A DNA stretch of 56,291 nt, filler included, from Sphacelaria rigidula (lineage: Eukaryota), in the NCBI GenBank assembly GCA_964200075.2. It is 7 parts of 7 records of this genome, joined end to end, with 100 filler letters (N's around TTAATTAATTAA, not from the genome) between each part and the next. Parts side by side here need not be neighbours in the genome. Positions count along the whole stretch, not along the records: positions 8,058 to 16,013 come from CAXNAA020012843.1; positions 16,114 to 24,069 come from CAXNAA020012844.1; positions 24,170 to 32,125 come from CAXNAA020012845.1; 4 more parts are not named here. The stretch is one strand, 5' to 3'. Position numbers and translations under genes: made by a program. Below the pieces are notes generated by a model. That model had not been told where the DNA came from and made no database searches. It saw nothing but the letters and a program-made list of their open reading frames with translations. Numbering within the stretch: position 1 is the first letter of the stretch; each line of letters begins with the position of its first letter. Shown here in pieces: positions 12,201-24,215 of the stretch.

Positions 12201-13385
12201 CGAGCTGGGCCAGCCTAGGAGCGGATTTGGGGTTTGCAGGCGAATTCGCAATTTTCTACTTGGAGTTGGACCCTGAAATTTAGTGTATGGACAATCAACG
12301 GGATGTAAAATGAACAATTGTGCGGGGTCTCAAAGATTTTTTTTTTTTATGAGTTAGGGGCATTTTACTAGATCATGAAAAGTGACTATTTCCCTCAACT
12401 CATGGAAAATTATATATTTGGGACTCCGCACAATTTGTTTTCATGCCCTGTCGATTGTCCGTACCAAATTTCAGGTTCCAACTCCACGTAAAAAATTGCG
12501 AATCCGCCTTTTGAAACCCGGGCCGGTAAAAGTTCTAAACAACATTTTGCAGGGCCGTTTATTGGCCCTCGTTTGGTGTTCGTGTTTTGCAACTTGGTGC
12601 GGGACCTCCCTAGGTCATGACAAATCAAGAAAAATGGATCACGTTGGTTTTGGTTCATTTTTTTCACCGGTTTAGGGCGTGTATGTATGGTAACGACCAT
12701 TTTTTTTACGAGAAGGCCCTAACTTCTCCGAAAGAAAAATTGAAGGCCCATTTTTTTCTTTATCCAGCATACCTATGTGGTTCTCCATGCTAAGTGTCAA
12801 ATCACAACTCTAAAAAATGAGCTAAAAATTGAGATGAGGCGGAAGAGCAATGTTCATTTCTCCTCAAAACTCCACCAAAAACACGAAAAAGGTAAAATGC
12901 TGTTTTTTTTTCAATTATTCGCGCTAGCGGTCCTCAATACGAAATTCCATAGCATAACTCTCAAAAGCTGAGACGCGATATCCAGATTTAGGGCATCTAG
13001 TGCCTCTGCTTGTAATATATCGGTTTTAGTATGAAACATTATGTGCGCCACGTCTCGAGATCGATTATGAAATGGACGAAGGTGAGGGTATCCATCGTCT
13101 CCCCGTGCTCCAGGGAAGGTCCACACCAAAAATCGTCCTCATCCGCTGAATGTATCGTTCGGGGTTTCATATAGATTTTAGTGTGGACGCTATTTTCGTA
13201 CGGTGTAGGAATTGCTAGACATGAGGTTCAATCAACGACAAAATATTGGCCCATAGTTTCGAGCAGATGGGCACCTTCCCCTTGATCAGACGATTAATAC
13301 GAGATGCGTATCACGGCCCAACTCCTCTGTGTCGATCATGTATTGCTTTGAGAGATAAAATCCGTTTTTAGGCTGGCCCTGCTCG
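12201..13385. mobile_element. Non-autonomous Tc1/mariner-type TIR element with TA target duplication
   Basis: ~28-bp imperfect TIRs (CGAGCTGGGCCAGCCTAGGAGCGGATTT / reverse complement CGAGCAGGGCCAGCCTAAAAACGGATTT), TA on both sides. The empty site CCCTATTTCAA is visible in the paralogous copy at ~10610-10620. Confidence 0.9.
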
Positions 13386-13432
13386 TATTTCAACTGAAAA
13401 ATACTTCGTATTCATCATGGTGCATGCTGCAG

Positions 13433-13570
13433 GGACTATTTTCGGACTCGTCTGTGAAGACTTCCGTCTGGTGGAGGAAGCCGGTGCGCGTGGGACCGGG
13501 GCTTGGCAATCTGGGCAACAGCTGTTTCCTGAACGCTACTCTGCAAGTGCTGGGCTACCTGCCCCCCCTA
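13433..13570 (+). pseudogene. USP Cys-box exon, copy 2 (3'-truncated)
   Basis: WRKPVRVGPGLGNLGNSCFLNATLQVLGYLPP, then breaks off at a hairpin junction. Confidence 0.8.
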
Positions 13571-13596
13571 GCAGGTTGAGTAGCTCAATCTGCTAG

Positions 13597-13735
13597 GTAG
13601 GGGGGGCAGGGAGCTCAACACTTGCAGTGTAGCGTTCAGGAAACATCTGTTGCCCAGATTGCCGAGCCCCGGTCCAACGCGCACCGGCTTCTTCCACAGG
13701 ACACAAGCCTTCATGAGCGAGTCCGGATATAGTCC
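13597..13735 (-). pseudogene. USP Cys-box exon, copy 3 (inverted, 3'-truncated)
   Basis: GLYPDSLMKACVLWKKPVRVGPGLGNLGNRCFLNATLQVLSSLPP. Homology to the upstream intron extends to ~13888. Confidence 0.8.
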
Positions 13736-13889
13736 CTGCAGCATGCACCATGATGAGCACGAAGTATCTTTCAGTTGGAATAGGGTGAAGGATGGGAGTT
13801 TCAAACACCGTGCCTTTTTTTTGCCATTTTACTGCACCCTAGACACCTCGTTCGAGAAATTGATTATTTTTCAAAGAAGGCCAGTATAC

Positions 13890-15238
13890 ACCACTCTGGA
13901 CGTGCAAAAGACCTATGACACAGTACGGAGAAATGGGTTATGGAAAAAGTCGTTGGAAGGTGGGGTCAGAGGAAAGATGTGGAGAATGGTGAAGATCACA
14001 GAATGTTCCAAGAGGGCTATGATGCTGGACGGGGAAATATCGAAATATTTTGATATCTTACAATGAGTTGCACAAGGATGTACGTTATCACCCACTTCAT
14101 CCGAAGGTATTTATTAATGACTTGGTAATAATGTAGCAGTAGAAGCAGCAAAGCAAGGGATCCAGGCGGGCGAAGATATGGTATCAGGATTGATATTCCG
14201 CGGATAATTTTTTGTGGGGATTTCAGAAACACAAGAAGGATTACAGGGACAGATAACAAGGCGCTAGAATACACTAGGAAATGGAAAGTGACGGCGAACG
14301 TTGATAAACGCGCGGTACTTGTCTGTAACGAAGATAATAGAAATATGGTAGAGTTTAAATGGAAGTGGGGAGGAGAGGCACTGCCAATTGTCGACCAATA
14401 TACATACCTTGACGTGGAGATCTCATGAGTCTGTTCTTGGGATGCGCACGTGAAGAAAGTAATAGAAAAGGGCGAGACACAGATGAGCAGGATGGATGTG
14501 ATCCTCAGAGACTCGCATCCAGACACTAGGATTAAGAGATGTATACTGATGAATGGGACTGTACCAAAGCTGGAATATGCAGGAGAAGTATGGGGGGGGA
14601 ACGTGAAGTGGGTGGAGAAGTTGGACACACTACATATGGTAGCAGCTAAGAAGATACTTGGATGCCCGAAAACCACGAGTAATACAGTTTCGAGAGCAGT
14701 GTTGGGAATGTAGTCACTTCAAACAAACATAGACACGAGAAAATTGCGATGGCAATACAGCTCCAAGAACATGCGGATGAAGAGATTGCCAGCTATAACT
14801 GAGAAGAGTGTATGGAAGGAAAATACGAAAGGGAAGGCTGGAGTGAGGTGGGATAAAGAAGTCGAGATAAGTATGGAAGGAAACCAAAACGAAATACTGT
14901 CCACAGATGAAGGCGCGGGGTACAAGATAAGAGTAAGAGATATGATGAAAATACGGGGAAAATGAGCGCTTAGATGCAAGAGTAAATGAGGAAGAACACC
15001 TGGAGATGTACGGGGGGTTGAGAGAGGGGATGGGCATGAGAGCATATTTGGGTTAGGGTCAGGCCTAACCCCCAGGAACTATATGATTACATATTTTTAT
15101 GGGGTGGGAGTACTAACCCAGTGCTCAGTATCATACTTTCAAGGAAATGCCGGATAGGTTGATTCCTTGACACCACAGAGTCGTCTAGAGGTTGGGAGGG
15201 AGAGTGGTTGGACGCTCAAGCCTATTTTGATTGATCGA

Positions 15239-15273
<35 letters not shown>
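13890..15273 (+). mobile_element. 5'-truncated, degenerate non-LTR retrotransposon (LINE RT) with (GATT)n tail
   Basis: RT motifs LDVQKTYDTV, VAQGCTLSP, a frameshifted LIF-ADNF (FADD equivalent), YTYLDVEI and PKLEYAGEVW. Stops and frameshifts are present. A (TGAT)n tract lies at 15228-15273. Confidence 0.9.
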
Positions 15274-18200
15274 AGAGGTAGGAAGTACATTGTGAATCCG
15301 CTCGTAGTGGGAAAACAGCACGGGGGGTGTACGTAAATTTCCAATATGAATTGGTCATGGCCCGGAATCCGTGTATCGCCCTCTACAGCCGAAAGGGGGC
15401 GGGGGTTGCGCATGTCAGTGTTAGGCTATTTCTCACCACATTGCAGGGTAGTGGTACCGCACCCAATGACAGCATTCAATGGTCCGTCCGCTAGGTCGTG
15501 TGCGTTGGTGCTCCTACTCGCCATCGTCAGTGCAGAAATTGTGAGCTGGTACAACGTAGGTGAAATACGAACACAGCGTGAGAAATCTTCCTTGACGTGG
15601 AAAATCTTCCTTGACCTCCTGCGTGTAGGTCCAGTCAACCACTCGGCTTCTAGCGGGCTGCCGAAGTGCTTGGAAACGACTTTCGAGTAATAAATTATTT
15701 TCTTGTAAACGACCAACGGGATTACAGGGGCAAGTTTCTGCGAGAAATGGTACGACCCCCCTCTATCCAGCGTGTACACGCGCGGAAGCTCTCGCCAAAG
15801 GGCAGTAAAAAAAGTGACTACATGAAGAATGGGGTGAAAACCAACATGGTTGACGGGCATTCGTGCCTCTAAATATGACCTCTACAGAAGTTGCTACAGT
15901 ATGCATCTGAGTCGAAACATTCCCGTCGCCCCCCCCCTCCCTCCCCCTAGCCTGGTCCGACGAGAACCCGGCGGGCCCCCTCCCCGCCTTTTTAGGGCGG
16001 GCCCCCCACGGGGNNNNNNNNNNNNNNNNNNNNNNNNNNNNNNNNNNNNNNNNNNNNTTAATTAATTAANNNNNNNNNNNNNNNNNNNNNNNNNNNNNNN
16101 NNNNNNNNNNNNNCAGTAGTAGGTAGTAACTGTCATGCTCAGGGAGTGTTTTTTTTTTTTTCAATTTGGTTTAGTGCTTACCGTGCGTGTCACCACAACA
16201 TGCGTCTCGCTGCCTTCTCTCGTCTGTGCGTACGTATCGTTTGTTGGAATAGGAATGGCCAAATGAGTTTCAGAGTTTCGAACTATCGCTGTGTGTGCTT
16301 CGCATGATCTCGAGAGGCATCTCAACTACGCACTTCTGTGTACGTTCTGTATGTTGTTGCCATGTAATGTACAATTTATTCACGTACTAAGTGCTGCCGG
16401 AAGCTACGGCGGAACCAACTTACGGAAGAGGGAAATCGTATGAAAATTTCAAACGGCACCGTCGCGTTTGAACCCAACGTATACATAACTGTATTGCTAT
16501 ATTACTATTGCTGCAACGCTGACTCACGTGCAGAAGCGCCATGTTGGAAATATATGATACGATTGAGACTTTGCCAAGGGTAACGGGTCGTGTGACATAT
16601 GCCTCCTCTGTGGGGGTGCTTGGTGTCCACAGGGCTGTCAAACAAGGGGGGTCGTCTGATTTGCCGGCGAGTAGCGCCGATTCTGTGGCGCTGCTGTACT
16701 TTGAGGGAGTGTTGCTGATGCGCTCAACGATCGGCTCGGCCTATGACGTCAAAAAAATGGTGAGTGACTGACTTGCATGTTGAAGACTGCGTACGAAGTA
16801 CGCAACGTGCAAAGGATAGGGTAGGTAGAGTACGCCACGAGTATGACTGAGTTTTTCAGGTACTCTCGAATACTTTCTAGTCTATACTCCGAGTACCCTG
16901 TAATTTTCATTATGTTCGACAGCCTATGGCCCGCGTTTCCTGATGTGCTTGGTACTGCAAAGACGCTGGAAGTGGGAACACTCGACGAAGAGAGTAAACA
17001 AAAACATGAAGGTACAACAGACAGAGTAGACCAATGAAATAAGAGAAAATAAAAAAGGGAAGAACAAGACAAACCTGTATTTGGTCATTATTCACAAAGT
17101 GCACATACCTTTGACCCCACCGTCCCCCCCATCCTTTACAGGATAAGAGATAGGTACGAGCTATAGCACGGACCCCAATCTCGACCTCCCCCCCCTCTCC
17201 CACAAAGAGAGAAGAAAGAGGAACCTAGGGCACAGTGGGGTACGGCTCCCTATCCTGAGCACCTTTGCAAGCTCAGCTGCTCTCGCTGCGAAAGGAATCG
17301 GGTAATAGACATCCTACACGCTCACGAAAAGATTTAATACCTGCTTGGTGATGGCTACAGTGAATAACTGTTCATTGGCCAAAAAAGAGGCAAGGGTTAT
17401 CTCTTGTGGGCGATATGATGACTTGGAAAATGATTGCAGCATCAAGTTTGCTACGAAAGACACCCCTTCCACGGAAATTAGGCCAAACCACCAGGCTGGA
17501 CTCCGTAAGATCGACCAAAATCGGTGGTGTACTTATTACGGTTGAATCCAGCAAGAAGTGTATGAGAGCTGGAGTTTTCGGTAGTCTTGACGCAATCAAA
17601 ACCATGCAAACATTGCACAAACACACCCGGTTCCATGTTCATTTTCGCACGCCCTAGTGTTACTCCATCCCGTACTAAATCAATTCCCGTGAACCCAGTA
17701 AAGCTTCAACGTAGCTGAGCGGGGGATCCCGTTACATGAGACGCGCCTGTTTTTGGACCTTGCATAGATCTGATGAGAATAACTGCACAGCGAGGAATCA
17801 AAAACTTTGCGTGGCCCCTGAGGAAACATCCAGCGCATTATTTCTGCGCACTTCTGTCGCCAAGTCATTTCCAGTCATGTGGGCCCAGGTCTACTCGAAG
17901 CAGAAAGCGAACTCACTCGAACCGGAAGTCGTGTGAACGCGTTTTGGAACATGACACAACCTGACTAACAATCTCTGAACATTTTTACACATCTACTCTC
18001 AGGGTCCCAGACTCTTGATTCCTCAAACCGAGAGGAAACAAAACGAGATGGTACGTTTGTTACACAAACCCGATTTTCCCACTTGGAAGCTCGTTGAGTG
18101 GCAAAAAGCTTTCGATCACCGGGAGTACCACGTTGCTCCGTATCATGTTGGTCGTGTTGGCAAGGTGCACACCAGACTCGAGGGCACCCGGTCAACCATC

Positions 18201-18513
18201 GGGCTCGAACATAGCCGTAAAATTTGTGTACTACGTTTTCCTCTAAAAATGCGGGTGCCCACTCGTGTGGATGTCATGAGATGGTTCCAAATTCTGAAAC
18301 TGCAGACGGCGAGGTAGTGGGTGGGGCATCGCGGGATGGTCATTACAGGATTGCAGGGAACCCCCATTTTGTGGTGAATTTTAATCTCGCAGCGGGTCGT
18401 GACATTTGGCCCGTTCGTTGTTTCGGGGATTGGTTGCTGGACCTGCTCTGTTTGTCTTTTTCTACTGGTGCTTCGGGCGGGCCGCTGCGTGTGTCCTGTT
18501 GGTTGCCTTTCAG

Positions 18514-20593
18514 CAAGCGGAACGGGCCCGTGCCGAGAAGATGTTGACGCAGGCTTTCAAGGAGTGCCACAGGGATGCCGTTGGGAACAAAAAACGCATT
18601 CTCGCCAACCTCGTCCCACTTCGCATGCGCATGGGTGAGCAACCGAGCTAGTTTTTACTTCACAAGCAGCGTATTCAATTTCGGTCCGCCGCTTTCGGTA
18701 TATGGTTGCAGCTGTAGCGAATGTAGCGTAGTGCGACCCTACGCTGGGCCACATGATGCTTTCCAATACGCACTTATCTTGGGGGTAGTGATTGCTGTGC
18801 TCACCGAGTGACGCGCTGTTCACGAATGATTGCACCACGCCTATGAGCTTCCGCGTTTTGTACACGATCCTGGGCAATCAATTAGGGTAGTTCGAGTCCT
18901 TTGCTTGTGTAGGGTGATTTACGCGTTGATCCTGTGTGTTGATATTGCGTGTACAGGATGTCTGCCTCAGAGGTCTCTGCTGGAAAAGTACGACTTGCTT
19001 ATTTTCCACGACTTCAGCGAAGCCATACGGTGAGAAAGAAGCACGAACCGTTTACACAGCACACAGCACCAACTGCTTACATGACTGGATTGCTTACACA
19101 CCATGCTTGCGTCGCATTGCGAGTCATGTTCACAAGATGCTGTGACAGGGGCTCTGTCAGTACAACAGCTATGGCATTTGCACTTTTGTGAACACCGCGC
19201 CCTCCAGTGTTGACTGCTCCCCACCCATCGATTCATCTTCAACCGTAGACGTATCATATGCATTCCGTGACAGTACATTGCGGAGTTACATACGATGGTG
19301 CCATGTGCAGCGTGCGGTTGATGCTTGTTTGCGTTTTTACTTACCTTCAGCTGAGATTTTGCCGTCGCCATGTGTATACCGTAACCATGTCAGGCGAGGT
19401 GACCTGAAGCGGTTTTCCACGCTAATGAGGCGTCACGAGCGCACCCTAGAACTGCACGATCTCCGAATGCACATGGAGGAGTGCCGAGTCATCGTGTATC
19501 GACAAATCTTGAGGAAAATGTGGGTACATGAGAGGTCATATGACGCTTGCCACCATAAACACGCTTTTCTGAATTCACCTAGTTGATTTTCATGATACGG
19601 TCATGTGTTGCTTTACTACTCAGGTACTGGGATTCTACGCACGCGAGTGAGGAAGAATGCTTTACACGAGATTGCACAGTTCAACCAAGATCATGTGATA
19701 TCTCCCCGTACAGTACCCGACCCAGAACACTTTACAACGGTGCCCTCAATGCTGTGTTTATGGGGTCCTCCATATTCCTTGTGTTGGCCTGCGACAGAGT
19801 GGCGGCAGTCGGGTTGAGCAACATACCTCTCAGCGTCCTCAAGCTAGCTTTTACATTACAAGGGCACGAGTTCGACGAGGGCTGCGAGCCGTTTGGCTTC
19901 GATGCGGGGGCAGGAGGGGGTGAGAGGATGGAGTCGCAAGCAGTTTACGAAGATGACCAGCTCAAGGTCATCTTGGCCAATGTTACTAGCCAGGTACTTT
20001 GTTTACGAAAAGCAGACATGCAAAGGATGATCTCATACAGAGATGTATGAAAATGTTTGGGGGAAAAAACGGGTGGACATTGTAGGTGCTATTGGTGCCT
20101 TCTCCGTTAAATATGTGAGATCGATAGAACGAGCTAAGAGGTGGCCATGCAGAAACACTCCCTACCTCTGCCTACGTGAAGGTCTTTGGACGGTGGTTTC
20201 TTGCTCTTCCTCGCCGACAAGGGGGTCACTTGTGTTCTGATATTCCCGCTCGGCCCATAAGCATCATGTACGTAGGTAGACTGTGCCAGACTTGCGAGGA
20301 CAATCCCAAGTCAAGTCATGTACCCGTCGCACCTGCCAAACGGCACGATGAGACCTGCCGATGTCCAGGGTGCTATATTTCAAGCACGATGCGGCGGCGA
20401 GCGATGTCCCATTTCCGGTTTTGCCCGGTCCATGTTGGTCTGCCATCGTTCGTGTATTTGGTGCCACCAGGGCGTGGTCAAGGGACTAGTGCAAGGAAAT
20501 CAAGACTCACTGTGGCTCGTGGCAGGCGATGCTGCCTTTCCGGACTTGCCAGGAAGAAGCGATAGGAAAAAGACGAGGTCGCCGGCCAGAATA

Positions 20594-20636
<43 letters not shown>

Positions 20637-20680
20637 GTTCACAACTGCTGCCTGGAAACGTGTTTGGAATAGGGCGTTGA
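18514..20680 (+). CDS. PCI-domain protein, PCID2/Thp1/Csn12-like; 3' exons 18514-18634, 18957-19029, 19394-19519, 19798-19993, 20471-20680 (5' exons uncertain, candidates 16534-16579 and ~18090-18165)
   Basis: All introns are GT-AG and phase-consistent. Splices to AEKMLTQAFKECHRDAVGNKKRILANLVPLRMRMG-CLPQRSLLEKYDLLIFHDFSEAIRRGDL...IVYRQILRKI...LKVILANVTSQGVVKGLV...AFP, collinear with the PCID2 C-terminal PCI/winged-helix region. Confidence 0.85.
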
Positions 20681-21499
20681 TTAGAGCATACATTTTTTCG
20701 AGCATCCAGAGCAGGGAATGGTTGTTTTTGGATGGAACTGCTAGGTTGCACAGTCGGTTGAGTGCCCATCCTGTTCGGAGTAATCCCCAAAAGAGAATTC
20801 ATCCGCTGCGCGCTCATCCCGGTGTCACCTTTCAAGGTGACTACAGTACAGAGCGGTGCGGATATCGTTTGTTAACTGGTACTTCCTGAATCAATGGAAA
20901 TTGTACAGCACAACTACGCCCCTTTCCGCTAATGTTTCAGTTACACACCGGTTTATTTGCAATGTACAGGTCTACACTCAACACAAAATAATAGACGCAG
21001 CATGAAGGGGGCCGCCCGTGCAAGGTCGGGACGCCGTGCATTGTGACAAGCGCGACACACCCGTCATCGCCTTGCTTCTTGCAAATGAACGTGGCTCGCG
21101 ATTTTCTTATTGCCCAAACAAAGTGACTCGTGAAATCAGACCGGGCGATCTCTGGTGTGGGGTGAAAGTCTGAAGCCTCTGGGACGCATCTCGGGTGCAC
21201 CCCGCCAACATCTCTCCACTTGTCAGCGCCTCAACACTGTTTGGCGTCTTTTGCGTTCAGAGTGTACGAGAGAACGTCGTCTATTTTCGCGTGTTTTAAA
21301 TGCTTTTGCCCCTCTCGCTTCTGGCGTGGAGGAAGAGGAAAATTGGTCGATCAGATTTCACGATTTCTTTGGCCAATCAGAATATTGAAAATTACTTGCC
21401 CACCTCGATCTTCTTAACTGCCATTTTGGTTGTTTCCTCTGACACCAGCCGGAGACACGACTCCACTCAGACCCGGGTTCACCTTTTGTGAACCGTACT

Positions 21500-21870
21500 G
21501 CCGGTCACCCCGGTGGCTCAGTTGGTAACCTCGAGACCTTCTTTTGATGGTTGGGTCGTGAGTTCGAATCTCGGAGCGATCTGAGATGTCTTCTTACACC
21601 ATGCCCATCAGTGGAGAGCGACCATGTCGTGGGTACACAACATTCGACTGAACGGCCAATGTGGGAAAGGGACTGCTGAACCCCTTTCGCGGTAAAAAAT
21701 AAAAGGCAAGCACTGCGGAAAGGTGGAGAATAGAAAGCAAATAAAAAAGAGAAAAACTCCCTTGTTGGCCTTACTCCTGTGTAACCCCGGCTGGTGCACC
21801 CACATATACCGAAAGGTGTAGATCGGCGTCTAGTGTAGATGGGATGACAACACACACACACACACACACA
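21500..21870 (+). mobile_element. tRNA-derived SINE with (CA)n tail
   Basis: Pol III A box TGGCTCAGTTGG (21514-21525), B box GTTCGAATC (21562-21570) and a CA tail. A homologous copy lies at 45315-45685 (-). Confidence 0.85.
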
Positions 21871-22449
21871 TTGCTGGAAGAGGAGAGGTATATTTCTTTG
21901 TGCGCAACGCGAAGGTTTCGGAGAACATCCAGAAATACTTCTTTTTTTCTAGGCTAGGCGTGCAGTTGAGATGCAAAGTCCACGTGAAGCAGAATCGGCG
22001 TTAGAATTGAGGCCCAGCGAGGTACTGTAGACACTGGGCATGGAAAACAACGTTCGGTGTGCCGTGGGTAGCGAGGGGGCATCACCATGTCCGTCAAGAA
22101 GATATGTATCGTTCAACTTATTTCGTTTGATGTCGCCGCCAGCTTGATTGCGATTGCTCTGCGCGGCGGGCGTTCCTTTTTGCCATGCTGTCCGTGTCGT
22201 CGCTGTTCATTGCATGTCGGAAGAGGTTGACCATCGAGCAGTGCGCCACTGCTTCTCGCGGTTAAAAATACCGAGCATGCAGCATTCCTCTCGTCGCAGG
22301 GGTCCATATATATATATATATATATATATATTCACATGCGCGACAACCGTGGTGTCATGCGTGCGCAAAACAAGGCAACATTCCTCCATCCTACCGCACA
22401 CACCATACCTTCATGAGACTTCATCCAGTGTGGGGGCTTACTTCGGCAT

Positions 22450-23480
22450 CACTTGGTGGATAGCAGGCGATCAGCGGTCAACGACGACCACTATAGATGA
22501 CAGACTTCCAACAGCCGCAACCGATCTCCAAGACAGGAATCTTGTCCAAGGACCGCGTCCCCATGTTACAATACTACAGATCGTGTCGCAGGGGCCGTAA
22601 ACAAATGGCACAGACTGCATGCAGTACAGATGGCGTGTTTTCATCGGCACAGAAGCAAGAAAACCAACCGAATAAAGCCGCCAAAAGCTACTCTTGTGCA
22701 TTGTAGAAGAGGTGGCTATACGTCCCTGTCATGAGTTGCACAGCCTTGTTGTACATTTCCGCATCTGCCGTCGACGTAGTAAGACAACAACCGGAGGGCA
22801 CAGTGGAGGTGGGACAAGGAAGTGTGTGTGTGACGGCAGTACAATGGCGGCAGCAAGAGGATAGAATGGAACATGGCTTCACAGCTTTCCCGGTCCGAAC
22901 CGCTCTCCGGATTGCTAACTTCTCCACCGCACTAGGGTGATGAGCACAGACATGGTTACTTCGATCCGGTGCTGCCTGTCGAAATGACCCACAGGCAGAC
23001 AACTTGGTCAGGGGCGGGCCTGACATAGACAGGCATAGCGAATGCCCTGTATCGCATCCAGGCTATCATAGAGGAAAAAACAGACGATGCTTGATAGCAC
23101 GTATTTACAACTAGCCCAACGCATTGATGTGTTCACCCGTGTCTCACCAAATGAATCTCCGAAATCTGTGCTCTTGAACTCCTGCAGCGTGTTCTCGTCG
23201 TGCAGGTGTCCGATAACCTCCACATATTGGCTGTGCGGAGCGAATAGCACGTTTAGCAATATACAGTATATGTTGAGAGGTCTCTTCGCCTGGCCTTCGC
23301 TATCATCGAATGTGATCGGATTTGAACAAAGCTGCAGGAGAGGTGAGCTGCCTCACACTCGAATTTACCAAGTACAAGGGGACCAAAAATACGATTGTCG
23401 ACAGCGTGACTGGATGAACCAACACACGCCAGACAGGAACAACAGGGCTCCCCTCCATATAGCAATAGCACCAACAACGG
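22450..23480 (-). mobile_element. Possible further ISL2EU/Harbinger-like transposase relic
   Basis: TLSTIVFLVPLYLV...LTSPAALF (HTH-like), then LNVLFAP...FKSTDFGDSFGETRV (resembles the region preceding the first catalytic Asp) and SVGFLASVP. Heavily decayed. Confidence 0.3.
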
Positions 23481-24008
23481 CCACACCGAGATGCCAATCA
23501 AGGATGGTCCTGTGCAAAAGTGTGGGCCAGGAAAGCATACGTTTCGCGCTGGGCACCTCGGCAGCACAACAATTCATGGCGCAGTGTTTAGTTGCGGAAA
23601 TGTCTAGATACTGACGATTCGAGTCAACGGTTAGGACCTGGCGCTGTGCAGCAAACCACTCTGCCAAGCACTCAACTATCGACTAAAACAGAGTGTTGTG
23701 AGAGCATGGTAGCTTGTCTCACCTGGTCCAGCTACTCCCTGGTGCTACCTGGACCGTGATCACCCTATCGTCCTACCGGAGAGGAAGACGAGCAGAGAGC
23801 GGGAATCAATGTGTCAAGTCAATTACCTCAAAAAGTGGCACACGTTACTTCCTCTTTCCAACTTCGGCAGCGCATGGCGGAAACCTCAGCCCAGTTCAGC
23901 AGTATAGCTCAAGCACTCAAGCGTATCTTTGAAGATGACGGTGAAATTTGTGGTGTTAGTAATGGATTTATGCCCATTGTAGTTAAAAGGCGTGCCTCTA
24001 GAATAGTA

Positions 24009-24069
24009 CGAGCTGGGCCAGCCCAGAAACGGATTTAACCTGGCAGAGCAATATCTCATCACCTGAAAC
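24009..24069 (+). mobile_element. Left TIR of the same Tc1/mariner-type family, cut by the contig end
   Basis: TA-CGAGCTGGGCCAGCCCAGAAACGGATTT matches the TIR of 12201-13385. Confidence 0.8.
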
Positions 24070-24169
24070 NNNNNNNNNNNNNNNNNNNNNNNNNNNNNNN
24101 NNNNNNNNNNNNNTTAATTAATTAANNNNNNNNNNNNNNNNNNNNNNNNNNNNNNNNNNNNNNNNNNNN

Positions 24170-24215
24170 CTTTTTTCGTGCAACCAAATACCCCCCCCCT
24201 ATCGTAGAATGACTC
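24170..24215 (-). mobile_element. End of the GAGTCAT-TIR MITE (family of 36909-37156), cut by the contig start
   Basis: Reverse complement GAGTCATTCTACGATAGGGGGGGGGTATTTGGTTGCACGAAAAAAG matches 36909-36952. Confidence 0.8.

Noticed and set aside
21505..21580. tRNA gene
   Set aside because: A and B boxes are present, but there is no proper acceptor/anticodon cloverleaf. It continues into a repeated body and CA tail, so it is a SINE head.
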